64,000 nt of DNA, taken from Chromatiaceae bacterium. Lineage in GTDB: Bacteria; Pseudomonadota; Gammaproteobacteria; Chromatiales; Chromatiaceae. The notes beneath the pieces were generated by a model that was not told the origin of the DNA, ran no database searches, and was given only the letters and a program-made list of their open reading frames with translations. Positions 41,912 to 52,019 of this stretch are shown here, piece by piece. The stretch covers positions 946-64,945 of the forward strand of contig JAXGTD010000007.1 of the NCBI GenBank assembly GCA_040775095.1. The letters are read 5' to 3'. How positions within the stretch are numbered: position 1 is the stretch's first letter; each line of letters begins with the position of its first letter. Position numbers and translations under genes: made by a program.

Positions 41912-43330
41912 TCAGAGCCTATCGGAGGCGAAGTCCGCCAGCCTCGAGCGCTCACCGCGGATCAACGTGATGTGGCCGCTGTGCTCCCAATCCTTGAATC
42001 GGTCGACGACATAGGTCAGGCCCGAGGTGGTCTCCGTGAGGTAAGGGGTGTCGATCTGCGCGATATTGCCGAGGCAGACGATCTTGGTCCCCGGCCCGGC
42101 GCGCGTGATCAGGGTCTTCATCTGCTTGGCCGTCAGGTTCTGCGCCTCGTCGAGGATGATGTACTTGTGCAGGAAGGTCCGGCCGCGCATGAAGTTCATC
42201 GAGGAGATACGGATGCGGCTGCGCACCAGGTCGTTGGTTGCCGCGCGTCCCCACTCCCCACCCTCGGTCTGCGTCAGCACCTCCAGGTTGTCCATCAGCG
42301 CCCCCATCCAGGGCGTCATCTTTTCCTCTTCGGTGCCGGGCAGGAAGCCGATATCCTCCCCGACCGGGACCGTGACCCTTGTCATGATGATCTCGCGGTA
42401 GAGGTTTTGGTCGAGCACCTGCGCCAGGCCTGCCGCCAGCGCCAACAGGGTCTTGCCCGTTCCGGCGGTCCCCAGCAGGGTGACAAAATCCAGGTCCTCG
42501 TCCATGAGCATGTTCAGCGCGAAGTTCTGCTCCCGGTTGCGCGCGGTGATACCCCAGACGTTGTGGCGGGGGATGCGGTAGTCCTCGACCAGCTCGATGA
42601 CCGCCTCGGTCTGCGTACGCTTCTCGCGGACGATGGCCTCGAAGGTCTGGTCATCGCCCAGGTACAGGCACTGACTGCAATACCAGTCGGCGATGTCCGG
42701 TCCGCTGATGCGGTAATAGGTACGGCCCTCTTCCTTCCACGAGTCGATCTCCTTGGCGTGCCGGTCCCAAAAGTCTTCCGGAAGCACGTTGAGGCCGGTG
42801 TACAGGAGATCCGCGTCCTCCAGCACCTGATCGTTGGAGTAGTCCTCGACCGCGATCCCGAGCACCGTTGCCTTGATGCGCAGATTGATGTCCTTGGAGA
42901 CAATGATCACGGTGCGGTCGGGGTGCGCATCCTGCAGCGCGCGGGCCGTGCCGAGCAGATTGTTGTCGGCATTCGTGCCCGGCAGGACGGCGTCGATGCG
43001 GATCGCGAGTTGCTCGGTCTGGAAGAACAACCGGCCGGTCGGCGGCTCGGTGAACCCACCGCCGCTTCCCGCGCGGAGACTGATCGGCAGCCCGGCGCTG
43101 ATCTCGTCGTGATCGGCCCCATGCATCAGGTCGTCGAGGAAACGACTGACCTGGCGGACGTTGCGGGCGACCTCGGACAGGCCCTTCTTCGCGGCGTCGA
43201 GCTCCTCGAGCACGACCATCGGCAAGAAGATGTCATGCTCCTTGAAGCGGAAGATCGCGGTCGGGTCGTGCATCAACACGTTGGTGTCGAGCACGAACAG
43301 GCAGGGCTTGTCTTCTTCGCGTTTAATCAT
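41912..43330 (-). CDS. PIN-domain + PhoH-like ATPase (PhoH2/YlaK family)
   Basis: Start MIKREEDKPCLFVLDTNVLMHDP marks the PIN domain. The Walker A motif is LLGTAGTGKTLLALAAG, followed by IILDEAQNLT. The track ORF start at 43468 is over-extended. Confidence 0.85.
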   Translation of the reverse strand: MIKREEDKPCLFVLDTNVLMHDPTAIFRFKEHDIFLPMVVLEELDAAKKGLSEVARNVRQVSRFLDDLMHGADHDEISAGLPISLRAGSGGGFTEPPTGRLFFQTEQLAIRIDAVLPGTNADNNLLGTARALQDAHPDRTVIIVSKDINLRIKATVLGIAVEDYSNDQVLEDADLLYTGLNVLPEDFWDRHAKEIDSWKEEGRTYYRISGPDIADWYCSQCLYLGDDQTFEAIVREKRTQTEAVIELVEDYRIPRHNVWGITARNREQNFALNMLMDEDLDFVTLLGTAGTGKTLLALAAGLAQVLDQNLYREIIMTRVTVPVGEDIGFLPGTEEEKMTPWMGALMDNLEVLTQTEGGEWGRAATNDLVRSRIRISSMNFMRGRTFLHKYIILDEAQNLTAKQMKTLITRAGPGTKIVCLGNIAQIDTPYLTETTSGLTYVVDRFKDWEHSGHITLIRGERSRLADFASDRL

Positions 43331-43418
43331 GGGGCGTCGGCGGCTCTGTAGCGCCCGGGCGCCGGGCGGGGAGGGGTCAGAGGCGGTGCGGGTGCTGCAT
43401 CCGTGCGCGTCCAGGGCG

Positions 43419-43895
43419 TCAGTCGCCCCGGTTGATGCTCCGGACGGCGGCGAGCACCTCGTCGACATGGCCCGCCACCTTCACCTTGCGCCATACCTGG
43501 CGAAGTACGCCGTGCTGGTCGATCAGAAAGGTGCTGCGCTCGATCCCGAGGGATTCCTTGCCGTATAGCTTCTTCAGCCGGATGACGTCGAACAGCCTGC
43601 AGAGGGCCTCGTCCGGGTCCGAGAGCAGGTCGAAGGTGAAGCCCTGCTTGGTCTTGAAATTTTCCTGTGCCTTGATCCCGTCGCGCGATGCACCAAGGAT
43701 CGCGGTGTTCTCGTCGGCGAACGCCCCGGACGCCGCGGTGAAGTCGAGCCCTTCCTGCGTACACCCGGAGGTGCTCGCTTTCGGGTAGAAGTAGAGCACG
43801 AGATTGCGTCCGCGAAAATCCGAGAGCCTGATCTGCTTGCCGTCGGTTGCCGGCAACGCGATGTCTGGGACAGTTTCACCGATCTTCACGGTCAT
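43419..43895 (-). CDS. bcp: Thiol peroxidase Bcp (peroxiredoxin Q type)
   Basis: 158-aa ORF containing LVLYFYPKASTSGCTQE. Confidence 0.92.
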   Translation of the reverse strand: MTVKIGETVPDIALPATDGKQIRLSDFRGRNLVLYFYPKASTSGCTQEGLDFTAASGAFADENTAILGASRDGIKAQENFKTKQGFTFDLLSDPDEALCRLFDVIRLKKLYGKESLGIERSTFLIDQHGVLRQVWRKVKVAGHVDEVLAAVRSINRGD

Positions 43896-43972
43896 GGAGC
43901 GGGCCTTCGATCACGTGGAGAGTGGAGTGTGGAGAGCCCGTTGGTCGGGCCCGGTGGAAAGCATGGTGATGC

Positions 43973-44512
43973 TCAGCCCTTCAGCGGCTCGAGCACGGCG
44001 TCGAGGTTGAGTCCATCGCAATAGTCCATGAATTCCTCGCGCAGCGTGGCAATGTGCGTGTCCGCGGGGATGCCGACGGTCATGTGCACCGAGAACATGG
44101 GCGTCCCAGTATGGGCCGCGGCGTAGGTCGTCGTGGCCATGTCCTCGATGTTGATCGATCGCTCGGCAAAAAATCCGGCCAGCCGGTTCACGATACCGGG
44201 ATGGTCCATCGCGATCACGTCGACCGCGTAGGGCAGCTTGCTCTCGCGCCGGGAGCGCTCGCCGGTGCGTTTGGAGATGATGGTCATGCCCAGGGAGCGC
44301 TCCAGCTCCGGTAGCACATTCTCGACCTTCGCCAGCGTATTCCATTTGCCCTCGACGAGCAGCATCGCCGCAAACTCGCCGCCAAGCACCGCCATGCGGC
44401 TGTCCTCGATGTTGCACCCCTGGTCCAGAATCGTCTTGGAAAGGTCGTTGACGAGTCCTGGGTGATCTTCGCCGAGTGCGGAAATGACGAGGTAGGTCTT
44501 CTGCGTGGTCAT
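43973..44512 (-). CDS. gcvR: Glycine cleavage system transcriptional repressor (tandem ACT domains)
   Basis: Start MTTQKTYLVISALGEDHPGLVNDLSKTILDQGCNIEDSRMAVLGGEF, with a second ACT domain (VIAMDHPGIVNRLAGFFAERSINIED). The gcvR-bcp pair is divergent from dapA, as in E. coli. Confidence 0.85.
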   Translation of the reverse strand: MTTQKTYLVISALGEDHPGLVNDLSKTILDQGCNIEDSRMAVLGGEFAAMLLVEGKWNTLAKVENVLPELERSLGMTIISKRTGERSRRESKLPYAVDVIAMDHPGIVNRLAGFFAERSINIEDMATTTYAAAHTGTPMFSVHMTVGIPADTHIATLREEFMDYCDGLNLDAVLEPLKG

Positions 44513-44706
44513 AGTCCGTGAACAACATTGGTCGCTTGGCCTGATCGCGAGAGTGTAGCACGCGGTCTGGAATCGCAAGAGTCTGGGCGGTGTCGCTTGC
44601 TCCCGTGGGCGATACCGCCCCCGCGTTCTCGCCAATGGTCTTGTCAGCAACAAAGGATGCAGGCTACCATCCGCTGATTTCGCGCAACTTTGGAGTAACC
44701 ACAGGC

Positions 44707-45582
44707 ATGTTTCGCGGCAGTATCGTTGCGCTGATCACGCCGATGAGCCAGTCCGGCGATGTCGATGACGAGAGCCTGCGGCGACTGGTCGACTTCCACG
44801 TCGAAGCGGGAACGGCGGCCATCGTATCGGTCGGCACCACCGGCGAATCCGCGACCCTCGGTGAGCATGAGCACTGCGAGGTCATCGCGCGCACCGTGGC
44901 GTTCGCCGCCGGACGTATCCCGGTCATCGCTGGCACCGGCGCCAACGCAACCACCGAGGCGGTTCGCCTGACACGTTGCGCGGCCGAGGCCGGTGCGGAT
45001 GCGGCGCTGCTCGTCACACCTTATTACAACAAACCGACCCAGGAAGGTCTGATCCGCCATTACCGGGTCGTTGCCGAGGCGGTGGACATCCCGCAGATCC
45101 TCTACAACGTGCCGGGCAGGACCGCCTGCGACCTCCTTCCGGAAACAGCGGGGGTGTTGGCCCAGGTGCCGAACATCATCGGTCTCAAGGAGGCAACCGG
45201 AGACCTCACGCGGGTGAGCCGATTGCGGGAGCTTTGCGGGGAGGATTTTCTGCTCTACAGTGGAGACGATGCCACCGCATGTGAGTTCATGCTCAGCGGG
45301 GGCGATGGCGTGATCTCGGTGACGAGCAATGTTGCTCCGCGGCGTATGGCGCGGATGTGTCGTGCGGCCCTCGCCGGCGAGCGCGACGGCGCACTGGTCA
45401 TCGATGCCGATCTCGCCGGCCTGCACCGGGCGTTGTTCGTACAGTCCAACCCGATCCCCGTCAAATGGGCCGTCGCCGCGATGGGCCTGTGCTCGACCGG
45501 TATCCGGCTGCCGCTGACATGGCTGCCCACGGAACTGGAGTCGTCGGTGCGCGATGCGATGGTCCAGGCGGGTGTGGTGTAA
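44707..45582 (+). CDS. dapA: 4-hydroxy-tetrahydrodipicolinate synthase
   Basis: Start [51 protein letters not shown], and the ORF contains YNVPGRT. 291 aa. Confidence 0.95.
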   Translation: MFRGSIVALITPMSQSGDVDDESLRRLVDFHVEAGTAAIVSVGTTGESATLGEHEHCEVIARTVAFAAGRIPVIAGTGANATTEAVRLTRCAAEAGADAALLVTPYYNKPTQEGLIRHYRVVAEAVDIPQILYNVPGRTACDLLPETAGVLAQVPNIIGLKEATGDLTRVSRLRELCGEDFLLYSGDDATACEFMLSGGDGVISVTSNVAPRRMARMCRAALAGERDGALVIDADLAGLHRALFVQSNPIPVKWAVAAMGLCSTGIRLPLTWLPTELESSVRDAMVQAGVV

Positions 45583-45676
45583 CAGGCCAATTCGCGATCA
45601 CCCAACCACTCTATCTTCCACGCCGCGCCGACCCGGGTCGACTCCCGGGGGCGCGCACGAGTCCGAACGCCCAGCC

Positions 45677-46834
45677 ATGCGTATAGTCTATCAGCCCATC
45701 GGCGCCATTCTGATCCTGCTGCTGCTCAGCGCCTGTAACTCGACCCCGAAGCTGGAAGAGTACCTCCCTGATCAGCGCCTGGAATACAAGAAGCAGACCG
45801 AGGCATCGGAGAACCTGGAGCTGCCGCCAGACCTCGCCAGCGGCAGCTTCGATGACGCCCTGGACATCCCGTCCTCAACCGGCTCGACGACCTTCTCGGA
45901 CTATGCCGGCGGGCGCGCGCAGCGCGCGAAGGTTGCCTCCAGCGGGCAGGTACTGCCCGACGTGAAGGGTGTCACGCTTGAGCGCACGGGCGACCAGCGC
46001 TGGCTCGAGATCGACGCGCCCCCGCAGAGCGTATGGCCGAAGGTCGTCGCGTTTTGGCGCCAGCAGGGAATCCTGTTGCTGGAGCAGGATCCTGCGGTCG
46101 GTGTCATGAAGACCGACTGGCTCGAGAACCGCGCCGAGCTACGCAACGATTTTGTGACCAAGATGCTGCGCAAGGTCGCCGATGGACTCTACGCGACATC
46201 CACCCGCGACCAATACCGCGTCCGCCTCGATGCCGGGGCCCAGCCCGGCACCACCGACCTGTATCTGACCCATCGCGGTATGGAAGAGAAGCTGGTGCGC
46301 AACACCCTCGGCGAGGGCTCCAACACGGTCTGGGAACCCTCGGGTACCGATCCGGACAAAGAGGCCGCGATGCTGCGGCGCCTGATGCTCTATCTTGGGG
46401 TGTCGGATCAGAGTGCGCAGCGGATGCTGGCAAAAGGCGGCGGTACAGCGGCGCCCGCCACGGCAGCACCCCGACTCGTCAGTCTGGGTGGCGGCAGCGC
46501 GCTGATCATTCCCGAGGATTTCCGCCGTGCCTGGCGTCAGACTGGTCTTGCGCTCGACCGCTCCGGATTTGCGGTGGAGGATCGCGACCGCAGCGGGGGC
46601 ATCTTCTTCGTGCGCTATGATGACCCGCAGCGCGGTCAGCAGAAGAAGAGCGGTATCCTCTCCAAGCTCGCCTTCTGGGACAGCGACAAGATCAGTAAGG
46701 TCGAGCAGTATCAGGTCAGGCTGGTGGAAGAAAAAGGCGAGACCCAGGTGACGATCCACGACAATAACGGGGCCCGTGATACCTCGCCCACCAGTGAGCG
46801 CATCCTGAGCCTGCTTCAGGAGCAGATGCGCTGA
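45677..46834 (+). CDS. bamC: Outer membrane protein assembly factor BamC (lipoprotein)
   Basis: Start MRIVYQPIGAILILLLLSAC contains a lipobox. The gene sits directly after dapA (the dapA-nlpB/bamC synteny). WPKVVAFWRQQGILLLEQDPAVGVMKTDW is typical of BamC. Confidence 0.85.
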   Translation: MRIVYQPIGAILILLLLSACNSTPKLEEYLPDQRLEYKKQTEASENLELPPDLASGSFDDALDIPSSTGSTTFSDYAGGRAQRAKVASSGQVLPDVKGVTLERTGDQRWLEIDAPPQSVWPKVVAFWRQQGILLLEQDPAVGVMKTDWLENRAELRNDFVTKMLRKVADGLYATSTRDQYRVRLDAGAQPGTTDLYLTHRGMEEKLVRNTLGEGSNTVWEPSGTDPDKEAAMLRRLMLYLGVSDQSAQRMLAKGGGTAAPATAAPRLVSLGGGSALIIPEDFRRAWRQTGLALDRSGFAVEDRDRSGGIFFVRYDDPQRGQQKKSGILSKLAFWDSDKISKVEQYQVRLVEEKGETQVTIHDNNGARDTSPTSERILSLLQEQMR

Positions 46835-47596
46835 ATGCGCTTCGCGGTGCTGGGCAGCGGCAGCCGAGGCAATGCGACGCTGATCGAGACCGGCTCCGCG
46901 CGCGTGCTGATCGATTGTGGGTTCGGTCTACGCGAGACGCGCTCGCGGCTGGCGGCCCTCGGCGTCGAGGCCGACAGCATCGATGCGCTGGTGGTGACAC
47001 ATGAGCACGGCGACCACGGCCAGGGCGTGGCGCGGTTCGCCAACCGTCATGGAACCGACGTCTGGGCGACGCCGGGCACATGGAAGGGGCTCGGCCAGCC
47101 GGATGTACCGCGGCTGCGACTGTTCTCGGGGCATGGGCGGGGATTCCGGGTGGGCGACATGCGCCTGCTCCCATTCCCGGTACCGCACGACGCGCGTGAG
47201 CCCAGCCAGTTTGTGTTCGAGGCCGCGGGCCGGCGTGTGGGCATGTTGACTGATGCGGGAACCGTGACGGCGAGGGCAGCGGCCTTGCTCGGGGAGTGTG
47301 ACGCGCTGGTCCTGGAGGCCAATCACGATGTGGACATGTTGAATCGCGGGCCCTATCCGCCGCGGCTCCGAGAGCGGGTTGGCGGTGCCTTCGGCCATCT
47401 CAGCAACGCACAGGCCGCGGCACTGGTCGACCGGCTGGACCACAAACGCCTGAGTCATCTCCTGTTGGCGCACATCAGCGCCAAGAACAACCACGCGGAC
47501 CTCGCCCGGGCCGCCATCCTGGAGGTATCGTCCGCATTGGACGGACGTCTGAGCGTCGCCGAGCAGGACCGTGTGAGTCCCTGGCACAACGCCTGA
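46835..47596 (+). CDS. MBL-fold metallo-hydrolase
   Basis: 253-aa ORF starting MRFAVLGSGSRGNATLIE and containing THEHGDHGQG (the HxHxDH motif). Confidence 0.85.
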   Translation: MRFAVLGSGSRGNATLIETGSARVLIDCGFGLRETRSRLAALGVEADSIDALVVTHEHGDHGQGVARFANRHGTDVWATPGTWKGLGQPDVPRLRLFSGHGRGFRVGDMRLLPFPVPHDAREPSQFVFEAAGRRVGMLTDAGTVTARAAALLGECDALVLEANHDVDMLNRGPYPPRLRERVGGAFGHLSNAQAAALVDRLDHKRLSHLLLAHISAKNNHADLARAAILEVSSALDGRLSVAEQDRVSPWHNA

Positions 47597-47646
47597 CCTT
47601 ATTTTCCGGTCCGCCGGATGGCACTCGTCGCTCGCCACAATCCACC

Positions 47647-48093
47647 ATGTCGTCGCCCTTCCAGAATATCCTGATCCTGTGCGTTGGCAATGTCTGCCGA
47701 AGCCCGATGGCCGAGGTACTGCTGCGTGCCGAGCTCGCCCGTGGCGGGCACACGCGGGAGCTGCGCTCCGCGGGTGTCGCTGCCGCAGTCGGTATGCCCG
47801 CGGACGAGACCGCCTGTCGGCTGATGGACGCGCGCGGTCTGGATCTGTCGGATCATCGCGCGACGCCGGTGAATCGCGCGATGATCCGGGGCGCCGATCT
47901 GGTCCTGGTCATGGAGAGCGCTCAGCGCCGCTACCTGATGGAGCTGGACCCGAGCGCGGCCGGCAAGACCTATCTGCTCGGGCACTGGAGCGGCACCGAG
48001 ATCGAAGACCCTTACCGGCGCGAGCTCATTGTCTACGAACGGGCACTCAGGCTGATCGATGCGGGCGTCGAGGCATGGGCCAAGCGCTTGTAG
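47647..48093 (+). CDS. Low-molecular-weight protein-tyrosine phosphatase
   Basis: 148-aa ORF with the CVGNVCRS P-loop (CX5R-S) near the N-terminus and a DPY motif near the C-terminus. Confidence 0.88.
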   Translation: MSSPFQNILILCVGNVCRSPMAEVLLRAELARGGHTRELRSAGVAAAVGMPADETACRLMDARGLDLSDHRATPVNRAMIRGADLVLVMESAQRRYLMELDPSAAGKTYLLGHWSGTEIEDPYRRELIVYERALRLIDAGVEAWAKRL

Positions 48094-48119
48094 CCGGCCC
48101 GGAGCGCGACGCGGCCCCG

Positions 48120-49850
48120 TCACATGACGGTGTCGAGCCCGAGCAGGCGCGGATAGAGCTCCCCGGCAAGCAGTTCCTGGTGTGTCCCGCGCTCCCGCAC
48201 GCGCCCTGCATCCAGTACCAGGATCTCATCCATCTCGGCCAGGGCCACCGGTCGGTGGGTGATCAGTAGCACCGTGCGGCCCCGCATGAGCCGGTGTACC
48301 GCGCCCATCAGCGCCCGCTCGGTGGGTGCGTCGAGCCCCTCGGTGGGCTCGTCGAGCAACAGGATTGGACTGTCCCTGAGCAGCGCGCGGGCGATGGCGA
48401 TGCGCCGTGCCTGACCGCCGGAGACGCGCACCCCGGTCTCACCTACCCAGGTGTCGTAGCCCTCTGGCAACGCGCTGATGAAATCGTGGATCTGGGCGGT
48501 CTCGCAGGCCTGCTCGATCAGGCCCTGCGGGGCGTCCGGGGCCGCGAGCAGCAGGTTCTCGCGAATACTGGCGTCGAACAGGTGCGTGTGCTGCGAGACC
48601 AGCGAGATCTGGCGGCGCAGATCCTCGCCGCGGAAGGCGCCAAGCGGCCTTCCGCCGAGCAGGATCTGGCCCTCGTCCGGGGCCCAGAAGCGCAGCAGCA
48701 GGTTCAACAGCGTCGATTTCCCCGACCCGGTGGCGCCGACGATGGCCACCCGATGACCAGCCGGGAGATCCAGGTCGAGCCCGTCGATGGCCGGTCGTTG
48801 GGCACCGGGATAGCGGAAACCCAGCCCGCGGACCTCGATCCCATGGTGCTGCGGCACGGGCGAAGGCTCCGTGGGCTCCTTGACCGCCGGCTCGGTGTCG
48901 ACGAGCACGAACAGCCGCCGCGCCGCGGTGAGCGTTGCCTCCAGTTGCTGGAAGGCCATCGGCAGCGGCGCGACCGCCTCGAACGCGGCCAGTCCGAACA
49001 GCGCCAGCATGGCCAGCTGGGGCGGCGCGATCTCACCGCCATGCACCAGCGGGATCCCAAGCCAGAGCATTCCCCAGAGCGTCAGGTTGGCGCTCAGTCC
49101 GACCGCCCCCTGGGCGATGCCGGCGTAGCGGCTCATGCGGTCCTGCTCCCGGATCAGCGTGCGGCTGAGCCCATCGATCTGCCGCGCGTGCCTGTCGGCG
49201 GCACCATAGACCAGCAGCTCCGCGAGCCCCTGGGTACCATCGATGGCCGCCTGGCGCAGCGCCGCCTCGGTCTCGATCAAGCGCCGGCCGGGCTCGGCGC
49301 CGCGGCGTCTGGCCCAGAACGGGATCAGCACGCCTGCCACCAACAACATGCCCAACAGCAGGAGCCCAAGGCGCAGATCGAACCAGGCGGCGAAGAGGAC
49401 GAATCCCACGGCACTGGTCAGCGCCACCAGCACCGGGATCAGGACCCGGATGTAGAGGTTGTCGAGTGCATCGATGTCCGAGCGGATGCGGCTGAGCAGA
49501 TCCGCGCTGTGATACTGCAGCAGCCGCGCCGGGGCCAACGGCTCGAGGTGGCGGTAGAACCAGACCCGCAGGCCGGCGAGCTGGCGCATGGTCGCCTCGT
49601 GCGTAACCAGCCGTTCCAGATAGCGCCCGGCGGTGCGCCCCATCGCGCTGGCACGAATGACCGCGGCGGGTGTGAAATAGTTCATCGCGACACCCGCTCC
49701 ACCGGCAACCGCCATCGCCGTGATGAACCACCCGGAGATGGCCAGCAGGGTCACGTTCGCGACCAGCGTCGCCAGCGCGATCACAAAGCCGCCCAGGATC
49801 CAGCCCCGGTAGGGTTGGAACAGCCGCCACAGGCGCAGGAGCTCTTTCAT
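48120..49850 (-). CDS. cydC: Thiol reductant (cysteine/glutathione) ABC exporter subunit CydC
   Basis: 576-aa ORF with 6 TM segments plus an NBD (GATGSGKST, LSGGQARRIAIARALL, LLLDEPT). It is second in the cydDC pair. Confidence 0.85.
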   Translation of the reverse strand: MKELLRLWRLFQPYRGWILGGFVIALATLVANVTLLAISGWFITAMAVAGGAGVAMNYFTPAAVIRASAMGRTAGRYLERLVTHEATMRQLAGLRVWFYRHLEPLAPARLLQYHSADLLSRIRSDIDALDNLYIRVLIPVLVALTSAVGFVLFAAWFDLRLGLLLLGMLLVAGVLIPFWARRRGAEPGRRLIETEAALRQAAIDGTQGLAELLVYGAADRHARQIDGLSRTLIREQDRMSRYAGIAQGAVGLSANLTLWGMLWLGIPLVHGGEIAPPQLAMLALFGLAAFEAVAPLPMAFQQLEATLTAARRLFVLVDTEPAVKEPTEPSPVPQHHGIEVRGLGFRYPGAQRPAIDGLDLDLPAGHRVAIVGATGSGKSTLLNLLLRFWAPDEGQILLGGRPLGAFRGEDLRRQISLVSQHTHLFDASIRENLLLAAPDAPQGLIEQACETAQIHDFISALPEGYDTWVGETGVRVSGGQARRIAIARALLRDSPILLLDEPTEGLDAPTERALMGAVHRLMRGRTVLLITHRPVALAEMDEILVLDAGRVRERGTHQELLAGELYPRLLGLDTVM

Positions 49851-51613
49851 GTCGCAACCCGCCGCTCGGCCGACCTGATCATCCGCCGATAGGGGCCATC
49901 GCGCGCGCTCAGCGCCGCGTGGTCGCCGGCCTCCACGACACGCCCTCCGTCCAGGACCAGAATGCGGTCGGCGGTGCGCACCGTGGCCAGGCGATGGGCG
50001 ATGACCAGCATGGCGCGGCCCTTCGCCAGCTCGTCGATCGCCTCCTGAACCAATGCCTCGCTGGCCGGATCGAGATTGGCCGTCGCCTCGTCCAGCAGCA
50101 CGAAACGCGCGTCGCGTAGGAAGGCGCGGGCCAGGGCGATGCGCTGGATCTGGCCTCCGGACAGGCCGGCCCCGCGTTCGCCAATGGCCGTCTGGTAGCC
50201 GGCCGGAAGCCGATCGATAAACTCGGCCGCGCGCGCCTGCCGGGCCGCCTCTCTGACCGCATTGAGGTCCGCATCTGGCGCGCCAAGCCGAATGTTGTCG
50301 AGGATGGTCCCTTGAAACAGACGCGGATTCTGCGGCAGCCAGGCCAGGCGCGCGCGCCAGTCGGCGATATCGATCTGATTCAGGTCGATACCATCAACCA
50401 GGACCGCACCGCGCTCGGGCCGGATGAAACCGAGCAACAGGTTCGCCAGTGTCGTCTTTCCGGCCCCGCTCGGGCCGACGACCGCGATGCGCTCGCCGGG
50501 ATCGATGCTGAGGCTCGCCCCGGCCAGGGCCGGGCGACCCGGCTCGTAGGCGAAATGCACGTCCTGGAACTCGATCCTGCACGGGCGCCGCGTGTCCAGT
50601 GGCCGGGGCGAGAGGGGAGGCGGCGGCAGTGGGGTAGCGAGGATGGTCACCAGACGCTCGGCGGCGGCCACCGCATCCATGCGTGCATGGTAATGCGTGC
50701 CCATGCTGCGCAGTGGCAGATAGAACTCCGGGGCCAGCAACAGCACGAAAAAGCCGGTGAAGAAGCTGATCTGCGGCGGCGCGAGCGCATCCGGGATCGG
50801 AAGATCCATCTGGTACAGGCGAAAGCCGATGAAGACGGCGATGATCGCGATGCCGACAGTGGAGAAGAACTCCAGGACCGCCGAGGACAGAAACGCGACC
50901 CGCAGCACCTGCATCGTGTTCTGCCGGTACTCGTCGGCGATGCGGGCAATGACATCCGCCTCCCGCCGGCTGGCGTTGAAGAGCTTCAGTGTGGTCAGGC
51001 CCTGGATGGCGTCGAGAAAATGCGCCCCCATCCGCGCCAGCGTCTTCCACTGGCGCTGGTTCAGACTCTCGACACTCTTGCCGATCAGGATCATGAACAC
51101 CGGGATCAGCGGTGCGGTGATCAGCATCACCAGCCCCGAGAGCCAATCCATGGGCAAGACCACCAGCAGGATCGCCAGCGGGATCATCGCCGTCAGTGAC
51201 ATGGCCGGCAGATAGCGTGCGTAATAGGCCTCGAGCGACTCGATCCCCTTGATCAGATCCTCCGCGAGCGCGCCGCTGCGCTGTCCCGCGAGCCACTGCG
51301 GGCCAGCCGTCTGGATATGCCGGTAGAGGCGATCCCGTAACTGAATCTTCACCTGCGCGGCGGCCCGGAACGCGGTCTGCTCGGAGCCCCACGCGAGCAC
51401 CGCCCGCAGCAGGAACAGGCCGAGCAGTGGCCACAGCCAGGGCTGCACCGCGACCAGACCGGCCTCCGCAAACACCACCGCATCGATCACCCGCGCCAGC
51501 AGCCACGCCTGGGCGATCAGCAGGGCCCCGTTGGCTAGACCCAGCCCAACGGCCAGCCGCAGCCAGCGCGAGGCGAGATGTTTTTGCTCGTTGAGCAGAT
51601 CTCTGGCGGACAT
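49847..51613 (-). CDS. cydD: Thiol reductant ABC exporter subunit CydD
   Basis: Start MSARDLLNEQKHLASRWLRLAVGLG (ATG at 51613) gives 588 aa. NBD motifs are GPSGAGKTT, LSGGQIQRIALARAFL and VLLDEAT. The track ORF from 51901 is over-extended. Confidence 0.85.
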   Translation of the reverse strand: MSARDLLNEQKHLASRWLRLAVGLGLANGALLIAQAWLLARVIDAVVFAEAGLVAVQPWLWPLLGLFLLRAVLAWGSEQTAFRAAAQVKIQLRDRLYRHIQTAGPQWLAGQRSGALAEDLIKGIESLEAYYARYLPAMSLTAMIPLAILLVVLPMDWLSGLVMLITAPLIPVFMILIGKSVESLNQRQWKTLARMGAHFLDAIQGLTTLKLFNASRREADVIARIADEYRQNTMQVLRVAFLSSAVLEFFSTVGIAIIAVFIGFRLYQMDLPIPDALAPPQISFFTGFFVLLLAPEFYLPLRSMGTHYHARMDAVAAAERLVTILATPLPPPPLSPRPLDTRRPCRIEFQDVHFAYEPGRPALAGASLSIDPGERIAVVGPSGAGKTTLANLLLGFIRPERGAVLVDGIDLNQIDIADWRARLAWLPQNPRLFQGTILDNIRLGAPDADLNAVREAARQARAAEFIDRLPAGYQTAIGERGAGLSGGQIQRIALARAFLRDARFVLLDEATANLDPASEALVQEAIDELAKGRAMLVIAHRLATVRTADRILVLDGGRVVEAGDHAALSARDGPYRRMIRSAERRVAT

Positions 51614-52019
51614 GAAGCTTGGGTTCCTGACGCGGATGAGGGCTCGGGGACGCTGGCGTGGGCCGGCTACCCCGGGGAGGCGGTGAATCGGTTCGCTGCC
51701 GGGACTGGACCCGGGGCCCACCCGGGCGCGGGGGCATGCCCAGAGAAAGACGACTCGTGGCCGCCAACCGCGATGGGTCATCCGCGGCCGGCGCGGACCC
51801 GCCGGTTGGGCCGCCAAACACCCGGCAGCGCGTGGCAGTCTAGGAAACCCATCGGTTGGGCGCAATGCGAATTTCTGCCGCCACCGGGACGGTCCTGGCA
51901 TGGACGGGCTCGCGCGCTGAGCCCGCGGTCTGTTCCAATCATCGCATCAGCGCAAGAACGCCACGCCGGGTATGGTCTCGAGCTTGCGTGTACGAACGAA
52001 ACGGATATCCTCAGCTGCC

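Noticed and set aside
41882-43351. 489-aa plus-strand ORF.
   Set aside because: It is antisense to the PIN-PhoH2 gene, which has clear PIN and Walker motifs.
47647-48093. LMW-PTP considered as an ArsC-type arsenate reductase linked to the arsJ module.
   Set aside because: It is 14 kb away from arsJ on a different transcription unit. It has the standard CVGNVCRS/DPY phosphatase signature without the extra Cys pair of LMW-PTP-type ArsC.
48294-49892. 532-aa plus-strand ORF.
   Set aside because: It is antisense to cydC and has Arg/Gln/Asp-rich artefact composition.
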